From Camelus ferus (lineage: Eukaryota), in the NCBI RefSeq assembly GCF_009834535.1, contig NC_045696.1, positions 6,572,001 through 6,636,000 on the forward strand: a DNA stretch of 64,000 bases, given 5' to 3'. Shown in pieces: positions 1-11,900 of this stretch. The notes under the pieces are model-generated. The model saw nothing but the letters and a program-made list of their open reading frames with translations, was not told where the DNA came from and ran no database searches. The stretch's first letter is position 1; each line of letters starts with the position of its first letter. The position numbers and the translations under genes are program-made.

Positions 1-326
1 CCCCTGCCAACTTAGCTCCCTTCTCTTCTGAAATCTGTGTGTACTTAACAAGCAGCAGTGATTGCAAAGGCTCAGCATTATGGTTTATTAGTCAGTAAAC
101 ACCACTTATCACCCAGTGAAGAAGCATGCACACCAACAAGAGGGCTCGGATTATCAGCTTAGACTCCTGGCAGTCTCTTGGGCAAACAGTGTTATGTTTT
201 GTTTTTCAAATTGCTTAATGGTGTATCTTATCTTATTAGTCAACTCTCACTTTATAGCACGGAGACCAACCTAAAATGCAATCCTTGCCTCAAAGCACTG
301 AATTGTTATATGATTTCCTTCTGGTA

Positions 327-480
327 AGCAGAGCAGTACAATGGGGGCGGGGTATAGGTTTAGCCTCAGACAGGCATGGGTTTAATTCTAGAATGGCTAC
401 GTACTAACACAAATGCATGTCTTGGGGCAAGATCACTGAATCCTCTGAGCTGGTTTTTGCACTAGTGAACTGAGGAAAAC
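327..480 (+). mobile_element. MIR SINE fragment
   Basis: Resembles the MIR core as recalled (cctcagacaggcatgggttt...cttggggcaagatcactgaatcctctgagc). Boundaries approximate. Confidence 0.6.
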
Positions 481-1878
481 AAATTTACATTCCAGGGTTC
501 TCATGCAGCTTAGATGAGGGAGAGTGTAGAATGTGTGCAACCCCATGAGGGCTTCCATCAGAGGACTTGGGGAGTGACATTCCACGGTGACGGTGGCCAA
601 TGTCAAGACTCTGCCCATTGTGTTCTGCCACCGTGACAGGGTACTCGCGTGTCTCGTCCAAGCTCTCATCCAGGAATGGTCATATGCAAATTCCTGCTCT
701 CGCACCTAGATTTTCCTCTCTTCCTCCGTGCTTAAATTGTGGGATAGATGAACCGGGTACTCCGGTTCCTTGAAGACCTGCTGTTGTCACCAGTCCTTCT
801 GCAGAAACCCTGAGCTGGTTTAAAATACCTTAAATGATTTGCATTCCCTAGAAGTCCTGCTGCTTCTTCAAGGAAAGCCTGGAGGTAGGAGGGCTTTCTG
901 AGTCTTACTCTATTTCTTTTATCGCATAGCACTTGAGTAGTCAAATAGTTCAGATTACTTCAATAAACAGAACTTAATTAATTTGTTCCTAGGAAACTGA
1001 GTTTTCTCGTGCCAATTTTCCTGAAGTGCACTGCATTGCAGTGATAAGCTATAAGTGTCATACCACTTAGTTAAGCACTTTTTTCCCCTTGACTTTTGCA
1101 GGACATTAATATTCTCAGCAATTGAGAATGAGAGTCTATCTCCTATCTTGGTTAGAGAACCGAGAATAATTTTTGTTATTGCCCCTTCTTTTCCTCACTT
1201 GCTGTTAAAGTGCTTACACCATCCAACACTGAATCAAATACAGATGTAACTAATTCGCTGGTGTGTGCAAGACTGGGAGAGGGGAAAAGCGAAGAGGGTG
1301 GGGAGTGTTATGTGTGGTGTCGGCTGTTCCTTGTGATGCAATGTGCTCTTACTGGCAATGAGTACACAATGGAAACTCCCACCTGAATTGCAGGAATCAC
1401 AAGGGCAGGTAATGGAGAACTTCTTTCCGGTTGTGCAGGCTAAACTGTGTGTGTGTTTATGAGGACGCTGGGGAGACATGGAACCTGGGCACAAGACAAA
1501 ACGAAAATGTCAACAGTAGCACCGCCCTTCCACCATCCGCTAACTGTACACATGGCCGTGAAGAACACAATGGTACACAGATATCTTCCAATTCCAGTGT
1601 TTTATTAAATCTAGCTATCTACCTATTTACCCAGCCAGCCAGCCAGCCATCTGTCCTTCATTTTCTGGTTTTGTGATATATCTTTTCCCTTTTCTTGAAA
1701 CTGAAGCTCAAGATAGCTTTCCATTTTAAATATCTCTTGTCAGAAAGGCTAAGTTCAAGTTTGGTTCTCAAACATGCATTTATACTACTGTGAACAGCAA
1801 ATCCCAGATGTTAAATTTGTAGAGTAGGACTGATTGACCTACCAGTCTGATAGATAAGTAGGTAAATACATGTCCCTT

Positions 1879-1880
<2 letters not shown>

Positions 1881-1923
<43 letters not shown>

Positions 1924-1937
1924 CACACACTCACACC
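1881..1937. repeat. (AC)n microsatellite
   Basis: 20 perfect AC units at 1881-1920, followed by interrupted units. Confidence 0.97.
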
Positions 1938-2644
1938 ATACTGGCCAGGTAGCAAGAACATAGTGGTCACAATGGAGGGTGATGTGAAATATAATTTACC
2001 TCCTAAAGATTATGTGGGAATTCTGCTCGCTTTTCGTAGATTGCCTCTTTATTATTTTTTTAAGTTAAAATCAAGCACTGGAGAGATTCATACTTTGCCT
2101 AAACACTTAACTCCAATTTTAACCAAGAGGTCAAATACACCCACTTCAGGGCACTATAACTCATCTCTTGACCCCCAGCAGAGAGTAGGGACTATGGAAA
2201 TATCTTCACCCCTCACATGAGCTGCTATGACTCCAAAGGAAATCAAAGGTGGCCTTGAAATTTCTATTTTTGGCCTACTTTCTTCAGCAAGTTTCCTTGA
2301 AACGCCTGTCTTCATTGTATGCCGACGGCAAACAATACTCTTGAATCTCACTGAACTTGGCAACACAAGAAAACGCTAGTGAGCTCACTGCTTCGAGAAA
2401 AATCAAGACTTAATTATTACTGGGCTCTGTTCTTATTCTTGAGCTATTATCCCATGTGACAAGGAATTGAGCCCAGACACACAATTCATTTTGGTTCTAC
2501 TAACAACAGCTGCCATTTGGCGAATGACTACCAAGGGGCAGGGCTTTGATTTAGGTGTGTTAAACCCACCGCCCTGTTTAGTTATGAATAATTATGAAGT
2601 CATTTATTGTAACTGTACCCTTACTGTCATATTAACAAGCTGTC

Positions 2645-2790
2645 CGTGAGATAAGGACTATTCTTCCCACTATATAGGTGAGAAAACTAAGTCTTCAATT
2701 CAATCACTTGCCCAAGGCCAGGTAGTTAATGGTTTGAGGCACAGAGATTCAGATCTCGATCTCCCTTCAAAGTCCACACTCTGAATCACA
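2645..2790 (-). mobile_element. MIR SINE fragment
   Basis: cccactatataggtgagaaaactaag...cacttgcccaaggcc matches the antisense MIR core. Confidence 0.65.
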
Positions 2791-3159
2791 GTATTTTAGA
2801 GTCACTCATGAATTCAAAGCCCATGTGGAGCATCTAGGCTTCACTGAGCTGTAGGAATGAATTGCATCGTGAAGGCTGAAATGGCCAAAAACGAACACAT
2901 GGCATCAAACTCGAGTCCTGTTTCATTTCCAGCTGTAGACACTGTGCATCTTTTCAAAACATATTTATAAATGGAATTATTTGTAAGGTGCCCTCACAGC
3001 CTAGCTTCAGATGCAGCCCTATCTCAGCCTTATCTCATCTGAAAGACTAATCTGAGGAGGTTCTCAGATGAAGGGATCCTGGGGTGGCTGTTGCCCTTCT
3101 TATTTCTTTCCAGGAATAATTTAGCATCAAGGTGATAATGGAGTGGAACAGTGGTCCCC

Positions 3160-3300
3160 AACCCTGACTACCCATTAAAATCACTCAGAGACTTTTTAAA
3201 TGGCCAAGAGATTCTAATTTAGTTGATCTGGGGTGAGATCTTGACATCAATATTGTGTTTAAGAGCTTGAGACGATTTAAACAAAACCAGGATTGAGAAC
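3160..3300. mobile_element. MER5-type hAT-Charlie DNA transposon remnant
   Basis: aaccctgactacccattaaaatcactcagagac...agattctaatttagttgatctgggg...gattgagaac is the typical MER5 pattern. Confidence 0.55.
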
Positions 3301-3819
3301 AGGGAAGTAGACACAGAGGGAGACGGTTGGGGACAGAACCAGAAGGCAGTCGACTCAGCTGTCGAATCTGGGTCTCCAGCCCTCCATCTCTTCCACTGAG
3401 CGCCTCCCTCCAGCCTCGTCCTGTTCTCAGGCCCTGTGATGACGGCGCCTGCGGCCACAAGGGGGTTTCCCTGCACATCATGGATGAGTCAACAACCCCC
3501 CCTGCAAAGAGCACCTTAGATCTGCAGTGTCTGTGTGGCCGTCTAGCTCAGGCCGTCTCATTCCCTCAGCTGGCCCTTCGATCTGCTGCCAGTCTACAGC
3601 TCTGGTCGCTTGGATTAGCTCTTCTCAGGAAGAAAAGAGGCTGTTCTTAGTTCAGAGTGCCTACTGGTTCCCATTAGTTCTGCAGAATAAATACCTTAAA
3701 AGTAACAAGATGCACCCTCTCTGTCTCATTAGCTGCCAGTGCTCTTGCCCCCAAGACCTGGGACAAGAGCTTGTTTTCCAGAAATCAATGACTTTCCTAA
3801 GTAATTTTGAACTCAGGGG

Positions 3820-4111
3820 TGTGTAAGGACTGGGGTAGAGCCAGAGATAAAGATCTTACAGCGTGGAACTTAGTTCTTCCTAGAAGGAGCTGTTGGAGAC
3901 CAGGGAACTCTGGGAGCCCCCACCTGCCGGGGGAGCCGACAGATCTCGAGACACCTGACTCACTCCGGATCTGATGGAGATGGCGTTCAGGTCAGTGGAA
4001 GGCACAGCTACGCGGAAGTTGGTTTGGTCACCACTGGATGAGGAAGGAACAGTAGCTCGATAGGCAGGTCCAAGGCCCAGTTCAGGTCGGGTTTCCATGC
4101 CAGGCCTGACA
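3820..4111 (-). mobile_element. Possible short solo LTR or LTR fragment
   Basis: Starts TG(TG)TAAGG and ends CCTGACA (TGTCAGGCC on the minus strand, an ERV1-like LTR start). It is CpG-retaining and unlike its flanks. No clean TSD, and short for an LTR. Confidence 0.25.
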
Positions 4112-4681
4112 TGTGGACTCATCTCTGCTCGCTAGTATTTTTAAGTCTCACCTAAGGAACCAAAGTCCGCCCCTGTGTCCCCACTCACATCCGACTTGAA
4201 TACGAAGATTGCTTGTTCCTGGGCCTGGGGAGAATGAAGGAGGTGCAATCTGGGTTATATTACTTATCGATCCCTCCCCAAAACACGTCTAATCTGGTGT
4301 TTCGTTCCCTCTTCTTGAGGCCAGTGGGTGAGAAACCAGTTTAACCACAAAGAGCTTAGGGAGCCGGCGCTGGAAGCTTGGTCTCAGGTTTAGTTTTTGT
4401 AAACAAGCTGGTCACAAAGAAGGGACATGACTTGGAAAAAAAGGAGGGAAAAAGGAAGGGCACGTTTCCTACATGGGTCAAGTTTTATATAATCTAAAAA
4501 TTAAGTAAATAAGGACTCAAGCTTGAGAGTCGCTTAGCAAGTCTTTGTTCAAGTGACAAATGGACAATAATAGAAGTGCAACTAAAACCATCTCACATAG
4601 CTTATGTCCAATTCAGAAACACAGGAGAACCAAACAGCTCATTTTTAGGAATGGTTGTTTTATGGCGAGAATAGTCTAGAA

Positions 4682-4849
4682 TGGGGGCCAGTAACCTACG
4701 GCGCGCAGGTCAAACGGGGCCCACCACCTGTTTATGTAAATAGTTTATTGCAACACGACCACATCCCCTTGCTTACTAATTGTTTGTCTGCTTTCATGCT
4801 GAAAGGGCAGAGTTGCCAAGCAGCGACAAAGAAAGAGAAGCATAGCCCG
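4682..4849 (+). mobile_element. MER58A (hAT-Charlie), left part, interrupted by L1
   Basis: ggggccagtaacctacggcgcgcaggtcaaacggggcccaccacctgtttatgtaaatagtttattgcaacac follows the MER58A 5' half. Confidence 0.8.
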
Positions 4850-5242
4850 AAGGGGGAAGGGCGCGGGAAGGGATAAACTAGGAGTTCAAGATTTGCATAT
4901 ACCAGGAGGGTGCAGCTCAGTGGTAGAGCGCCTGCCTAGCATGCACGAGGTCCTGGGTTCAATCCCCAGTACTGCCACTTAGAAAACAAACAAACAAACC
5001 TCACCAGCTGAATAAAAGACAAAAATTAAAAAAAAAAAAAAGATTTGCGGATACTGACTATGTATAAAATAGGTAAGTTTCCACCACACAGCACAAGGAA
5101 CTATATTCAGTATCTGGTAGTAACCTATAATGAAAAAGAATATATGCATGTACATGTGTGGCTGAAATAGGATGCTGTGCACTGGAGACTGACACAACAT
5201 TGTAAACTGATTCTAAATTAAAAAATAAATTAATTAAAAACA
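4850..5242 (+). mobile_element. 5'-truncated L1 3' end, itself interrupted by a SINE at 4903-5041
   Basis: ggggaagg...gggataaactaggagttcaagatttgc...actatattcagtatctggtagtaacctataatgaaaaagaata...acattgtaaactga plus A-rich tail. Aged TSD agaagcatagcccg (4836-4849) / agaagtatagtctg (5243-5256). Confidence 0.85.
4903..5041 (+). mobile_element. tRNA-Ala-derived camelid-type SINE
   Basis: tRNA head with A box (agctcagtggtagagc) and B box (gggttcaatcc), AT-rich body and poly(A). TSD aagatttgcatatac / aagatttgcggatac. Confidence 0.9.
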
Positions 5243-5312
5243 AGAAGTATAGTCTGCAAAACTGAAAATATCTACTACTGGGTTGTTTTCAGAAAAAAGT
5301 TAGCCAACCCCA
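5243..5312 (+). mobile_element. MER58A, right part
   Basis: gtctgcaaaactgaaaatatctactactggg...cagaaaaaagttagccaacccc follows the MER58A 3' end. Confidence 0.75.
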
Positions 5313-5633
5313 TGATCCAACAGATGGAACAATTTACAACGTGACATCTGAAACAACCTTCCTAGTCTCAGTGAGGAGACGTCTCCGGAAAACAGAAGTT
5401 CTTTCCAACACGTAGTTACTGAGCCCTGACTGAGTGCAAGGTTTGTCCTGTGAGCATCGGAGAATAAAAGCGTATATGTTTTCTAATCTTGCCCTTCAGA
5501 ACATTATAGTCCAGCAGGAAAAGTCAGTCAGCAAGGAGAATTTCTTTATTTAGAAAGAAACTATTTCTAAAATGTCATAGCTTGATAAAACCACCCAAAT
5601 TGTTATAGCTTGCAAAAGCATCCAAATTCTTAA

Positions 5634-5900
5634 CTTTCTTTTTTTCTCTTTAAAAAATTTTTTATCGTAGTATAGTCAGTTCACAATGCTGTGTCAGTCT
5701 CTGGTGTACAGCATAATGCTTCAGTCATACACATACATACGTATATTCCTTTTCAAATATTTTCTCATTACAAGTTGCTACATGATACTGAATATAGTTC
5801 TCTGGGCTATACAAAAGAAACTTGTCGTTTATCTATGTTATATGTAATGGTTAGTATCTGCAAATCTTGAACTCCCAATTTATCCCTTCCCACCCCCTTT
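5634..5900 (-). mobile_element. 5'-truncated L1 3' end
   Basis: T-rich tail, then tagtatagtcagttcacaatgctgtgtcag...atctgcaaatcttgaactcccaatttatcccttcccacc. Confidence 0.9.
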
Positions 5901-5953
5901 CCCACTTTCTGAAAGGTTAGCCCTAATCTCAGTAACTGCACAGATAAGAGCCA
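5897..5953 (+). repeat. 57-bp direct repeat, copy 1 (copy 2 at 6274-6330)
   Basis: ctttcccactttctgaaaggttagccctaatctcagtaactgcacagataagagcca occurs identically at both positions. Confidence 0.95.
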
Positions 5954-6273
5954 GAGAAGTTCACTGTTTCTGAATTAGACGTAAGCCTTGTGGGATGATG
6001 TTAGTTTCATTTCTATTGTGGACCACTTGTTACTCGGGTAAACGTTTGCTGTGTGACTCTCTAGCTTGAGTTGTTTTTTTTTTTTTACTTCATTTTTAGA
6101 CTGGGCTGAGGTCACACGGCTGGGGGAGAGGCAGGGAAGTCAGTCTCTACCATTTGTTTTCTCCTTGTACACTGCAACATGGGGCCTGATAATTTTGTTT
6201 ACTCAACATTCACCAAGTTTAATTCAGAATCTAAATTACGGGCCAGGCACTCTCCTATTGACTGTGGAGACAA

Positions 6274-6330
6274 CTTTCCCACTTTCTGAAAGGTTAGCCC
6301 TAATCTCAGTAACTGCACAGATAAGAGCCA
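6274..6330 (+). repeat. 57-bp direct repeat, copy 2
   Basis: Identical to 5897-5953. Confidence 0.95.
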
Positions 6331-6409
6331 ACAAAACAGACCCTCCATCCCTTCCAATTTCCTTTCTTTTTACCTCGGATGTGTAAATAAAGCATACACA
6401 CATGGTGGT

Positions 6410-6760
6410 CAGGTGAGGATGAGTGCTGGCGGAAGAGAGAGCAGGTGAGGGTGATGGGCAGTAATGAGGTGGCCGGGAAGCCAAGAAGGTGCCACTGCTG
6501 AGCCTACTTTGGGATTGAGCCCTGTAGAGCTGGAGGCGTTAGCTGCGCAGACAGGCAGAAAGAGCCTTAGAGGGGACATCCGGAGAAGGGGCGGGCTGGG
6601 CGGTCCAGGGCAAGAGCAAGGATGCCGGTGCGGTAGGAGAGGTGTGGGGTGAGGGCTAGGGGAGGAGATTTTGAAGAGCTTTGCAGACCTTTGTAAGAAC
6701 TGGCAATGAAGCTACTTGGGCATTTAAAATGATTTAAATGTTGGATGAGAGCCTCTCTCT
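6410..6760 (-). mobile_element. Degenerate L2 fragment
   Basis: Purine/G-rich tract in the style of antisense L2. No precise alignment possible by eye. Confidence 0.35.
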
Positions 6761-7459
6761 CTTTAAACCCCTTGCCCTGGGTTTTTGTTTGGTTTGACCT
6801 CAAAGGGGGGCGTCCATGCAAGTGTGTGGAGGATAGGGGGTCTGCCTGCAGTCTCAGGTGAAATCCTGGTGCTCAGTTAACCCCAGATCACCCTCAGTGT
6901 GGCAGAAGTAAGCATGAGAGAAGCAGCAGTGGGAATGGCACTTATCCAGGAAGAACTTTGAGTCGAGCTGGGACGCACACAACCAGCCTCTTGCCTGCCC
7001 CTTATCACATTTTCTGTTTGGGTAAACAAATAAGAGAGGGTGGTCATGCGCCGTCCAAGTCCTGTCTGCACAGAGCCAAGGACCAGCGACCACAGTGTGG
7101 GCTGGGGGTGACCAGAGCCAGAGGGGCAGGCCCGGCTCCAGGCACCCCTGCATCTGCACCTGTTAAGGACAATTAACCCCTCCCTGGACAGAGGAAAGCA
7201 GCTTACACACAGTAACCCTGGGCCTTTGTGGACAAAGGGAAAGGGCGGGGGCAAGTCATTCTTGAAACATCGAAACTGAAAAATGAAATAATCCACAGAG
7301 AGTGGAAATCCCATATTGCACCGAGAGTGTACGTTCTGCCCAAATTTATTTCCGTCATTGCCTCAACTCTACACCTGGTCACAAATTTGCTATTCCTAGC
7401 AAAGAGCTTGGATCTGAACCGTGAGCTGATTTCTACGAGATGAAGATTCACTCAGCTGC

Positions 7460-7720
7460 CTGTGGCCTCCACAGCCTCCGAGAGCCGACCCCACCTAGGA
7501 ACCCAACAGCGCTGCGCAGGCCGACACCCCGCCCTGCAGTGAGACCACTGGAGAAACGGCGCTGCCCCGCTGAGCGGGAAGGCGACCCGGCCGGCCCGCG
7601 CTTGGGGAGATTGCAAACCTGAAAATTCTCGGCAAAAAAGACACGTCTTACCAGAGCACAAAGCAGACACTTGGCCTCCACTCTCCGTGACGCAGGGCTC
7701 CCCGACTGGCAGGAAAACCA
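7460..7720. promoter_or_regulatory. Small CpG-rich island, candidate promoter or enhancer
   Basis: About 20 CpGs in ~260 bp, a GC box (ccccgccc) and gcgctgcgca. Flanks are CpG-poor. Confidence 0.4.
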
Positions 7721-8985
7721 CAGTAAGGAGCTGATGATGCTGCTAGAACACATTCCATGGGCTGTCCGAGGCTATCTTTATTTTACAGTAAGGTACAATA
7801 TGCTCCACGATGCTCCCTATGCCGGGCATTTTTTTTTTTAAATTGTATTTGCATCCTCGTTAATCCCAGCAAGTCACAAGCAAACTCTCCATAATTTAAA
7901 CAGATTCACTAGATCTTTCCCACCTGTCGACTGTGGAAATCTTTCATAGGAGATGGGCATTTTGAGAAACTGAGTTCCAGAAAAACTCTTACATTTTATA
8001 GACCAAAAATGCTTGCCTTTTTAAATCTTTTTTTTTTTTCTTTCTTTCTTTTAAGAGAAGTCAATGGTGAAAGCAATGTTTGGCCAAGTGTTATTTGGTC
8101 AAGAAATGTATTAAATCCTCATAATAGGAGCATTCCAAGAACTTCACCCTTAAGAAAATAAATGTTCCTGTTTTAACTTAGACTCCATAAAAATTAAAAT
8201 TGTTTTGGAAGAAGGACTTCCCTGTAACCTAACGGATATTCAACAACTCAGATGCGTTTTGAGAGCAACTTTCCATCCATCTCTAAAGGGAAAACAGACA
8301 GCCGATGTAAGATTACTCGTAAAAAAAAAAAAAAAGATTATTTGTAAAGCCCAGACCATGCGTTAAGACTCACGCTCAAGAAAAACTTCCTTGCTAATGC
8401 TTAACTTGCTATCATAACCATTTCTGCTTTTTCAGAACGTCCTAGATCCTTTTTTTTTTTTTTTTTTTTTTTTACCACTTTCAATCAGGGAAGCTGGACA
8501 GAGTGCATCACAGCCAGTCATCAGGCCCACAAGGGAGGTCTGGACGTGATGAGCTGTGAGCCTTCCCCGTTGTTTTCATTCTTCGCAGACTCTGAATAAT
8601 CTGGGGGTCACGAGAGGGTAAGACATCTGCAGTGCCACAGTGGGAGGCTACATTTCTTGATGCCTTTTTAATAAAAGGAGGGGTGTGGAATAGCCATGAC
8701 TGTTACAGAGTACTGTGTTGTGGGGGTCCCTGGAGGGCTGAGGGTGGGGACAGGTAGAAATGACCAGTAAATTTAAGTAATACATATAACTACTCACAAC
8801 AAGGAGAAAGAACAGGAAATACACCCCAGAATTAGAAGCTCTGTGAGGGACTGCAGTAAAAATAATGCTCATAGACGCAATTTCACACCTCATGAGAAAA
8901 CATAAACCGAAGTCTTATTCTAATTTTTTAACAGCAATTTTGCTAACAAGATCAGGAGGCTTGAGCCAAACATCTGCATCAAATG

Positions 8986-8995
8986 ATGACGTCAT
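8986..8995. promoter_or_regulatory. Full palindromic CRE (ATGACGTCAT)
   Basis: Perfect 10-bp palindrome with the CpG intact, in unique sequence. Confidence 0.35.
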
Positions 8996-11900
8996 GGCAA
9001 AAATGTCCTTTTTCCATTGCAGGGCAGTCACAGCAAAGCAGACGCACAGAAATGCTCTCTGCTTCCACTCAGCGCTGAGAGGAGGCGCCAGGCAGAGTCC
9101 CCTGGGCCGGGGTTAGCAGCACTTGCATTTCCCTTGTGACCCCGATTTCTACTTTAAGATGAGTTGGAGGAGCTGACCTTTTTCATATCTTTGGTTTGCT
9201 CATTGGTCTGCAAAACCTTGCGCGTCTAGTTAGTGCTTCATTCATTGTTTAACTATTATTTTTATTTAGCTTTTATAGGGTACCAAAAATGTGGCTGAAG
9301 TTAAGTTCCTTTCCTGTCTTTCCAGCTACAATGGAAAGTTATTTTTTTAAGCTCTTTTAAAAAAAGGGGCAGGGGAGGGAAAAAATAAAAATAAGTTAGG
9401 ACCCCAGAAGAGGTTTTTCAGAGCTCATGTGTTCAGATTCCCAAGGGAGCCCCGTGGGCTGCCCGTGGGTTCCCAGAGGAGGCAGGGTGCCGTCACTGAG
9501 CACCCTCGGTGACTATTACATTTGATGTCCTTTCTGGGTTGGTGGCTTTGTGACCCTGGGCTGGTCAGAGAGCAAGCTTGTGGGGACTGAACAATGGGAC
9601 AAATATTCACGCTGTAAAGTAAATGTCACATCCAAAAGGTTTCTGCTTGGATTCTTGGTAGTATGTGTGAACATGCCTCTAGGAGCATCTGGCTCCCTGA
9701 AATATCAAAAACAAAATCAAAACAGCTAGTTCTGAATCCTTCTCCATCAGCTGCTGCAGATAGATAGGTCTTTTCTCCTCCTGTCACTGCAAGCTGGCTT
9801 CTACAGTTCAGTGGGAAATGGCTTGTTTCTGCAAGCTGACCCGCATCCGGAAACACCCCATATGTTCACTGTCACATTTGCAAACCTACTTGTAGGGTTT
9901 TAACTTTCAGACCTTCCCAGGGGACTTGCCTCCCAGTGACAGGGTCATTTCTAATCAGAGAGCAGCCTCTGAGTACAAACATACTCCATGAGGGAAGGGC
10001 AGGTGGAAGATGTAGGGAACTGAAAGGGAGAAACAGGTTTTTTCCCTCTCGTCTTTCTTTTCCACACCAAGTCCCTGACACTGAGGACTGGAAGATACTT
10101 TTATCCAATCGTTCGATCCCTCCTCTTTTCCTTCCACTGGGGAAAATGTCGTCCCGAAAATTTTGAATACTCTTTCAGAGGACTTCCCTCCTAGGGTTTA
10201 AAGCATATGATCTCCAAGCTAGAAGTCAGAGTTAAGCCGTTTTTTATTTTAAATTGTGTATTTGTTCTGTCTTTGCAATTAATCCGAGTACGTATCATTG
10301 TGATTAAGTTTTAGGATGCCTGTATTCATAGGCTTGTATTAATAACCAATCAGATGCATTGGGTCCTGCTATGACCCAAAGGGTAGCTTTTAACGCCCTT
10401 CTCACAGTTCTCCTGTGGCTCCTCTGTGCCTTGGGAAAGGCCACATGACTGTGGTTCACTGGACCTGGTTTTCCGCCAAAATCGAGCAAAGCATCTGAAC
10501 ACCACTGATCCTGATGGACAGCCAAGAACCAGCCAAGGCTGGTGCACAGCAGGGCGACTATTCAAAGGGTTGTTAAATGAAGAGCAGCAGGAAGGAAGAG
10601 ACGGCTGCTCGCCTAGCTCACCACCGTCCTCAACTCCCTCTGCACTAATGGCCAGTCCTCCAGTAAAGCAGCTCAAAATACCACATTCCTCAGCCATCAG
10701 ATAGAAGTAGAAGAAGGCTGAGATGATGGAATAAAGAGTCCGGCTCCATTTTTGATGTCTGACTGCTTCCAAGCCCCACCATCCCCTCCCCCTTTCTGTC
10801 CCACCTCCAGGAAGCACCCGGGATTCCCTCTCTCCTTCGGCATCGGTGGGAAGTTCAAATCCCAAAAGCCCTACTAACAGCCAGGATCCCTCACCCATCA
10901 TCACCCTCTGCCCTCAGGGAGGGCAGGGCTGTCTCCTTTCCCTGTTGTCTTAAGCCAAATTTGGATCATCTCAGGAGCCTGCTCTGCTCACTTTATAAAA
11001 CCTCGTTATGTGAGTGAGAAACATTTCTGCACCTTCGGGGGCGGGGTGCCTGTGTGGCACCGTCAGTGTCGGCCTCCAAACCACATTTTGGGTGAGAGCG
11101 CCCGTCCCACCTCGGGAGAACCTCTTTTCGAGAGTTTACTTAATGGCTGTGTCACCTTCACCCGTCGCCCTTCCTCTTCTTCCTGCTGGAAGTATTCCAG
11201 CCAGCCCTCTTGTAACATGGAGGAACAACCCCGTGCTAAGAGTGAACAGTAGAAAGAAAGAGGGAACCCAGGTCCCTGGTGCCATTGCGAGCTACCCTCC
11301 CATCCGCAGACTGCCTGCTTCTGGGCCTCTCGAGTCATGGAAAACAGCCTCAATAGCTCCAAACACAGAGCTATGACTGAATTGTCTCGCCCTCATATGT
11401 GTAGATCAGTACTTTTCCTGTGACGTGAACAGGCGACTATTATAATATTTGCACTACACCTGGGATGAAGCCCTTCTCAGAGGGAGTCCTGCAACTAGAC
11501 GCTTTCTGGGCTGAACTCACTTGAGGGCTGAGCAAACTCACAGAGAGAGCCTGTCTGCATAGCTGGAAAACGAACTGGAAATTGGTCTGCAGTAGAATGT
11601 GGAGAGAGGGTCAGAACCAAGCATTTTGTTTGGGAAGCTACCCAATCTCTCTCTCATGCTGTTAATGGGTCTGAAAGAACCAAAGTGTCAGGAAGAAAAG
11701 GGCCTGTTTATTGAGGACCAAGCCCTCCACTGGTGATGTGTGAGGTATGCAGAGACGAGAAGCCTCATTTTCCTTCTCTTAACCCTGGTGGAGGACGTTG
11801 ACTCAGGAATGCTAAGAAGTCATAAAGAGAATGACAACAGACTTCTGATACTAGAAGACGTCAATCAATTAGAATTTGATTTATTAACATTAAATCTGTA

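Noticed and set aside
590-634. Hairpin acggtggc/gccaccgt with inner caatg/cattg as an ncRNA
   Set aside because: The stem is short and bulged, as expected by chance, and there are no miRNA or snoRNA hallmarks.
3820-4111. Confident solo LTR call
   Set aside because: The TSD cannot be placed without assuming a lost TG, and the element is only ~290 bp. It is kept only as a low-confidence feature.
4903-4980. tRNA-Ala(AGC)-like gene (also 21550-21627 and 33531-33610)
   Set aside because: Each has broken stems and an AT-rich tail. They are flanked by TSDs, so they are SINE copies, not tRNA genes.
10350-10904. Long ORFs at 10350-10904, 27241-27768, 41172-41915, 56476-57084 and 56904-57416
   Set aside because: None shows a recognisable protein family or coherent exon structure. 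Their lengths are expected by chance in 64 kb, and one overlaps a G-rich L2 remnant.
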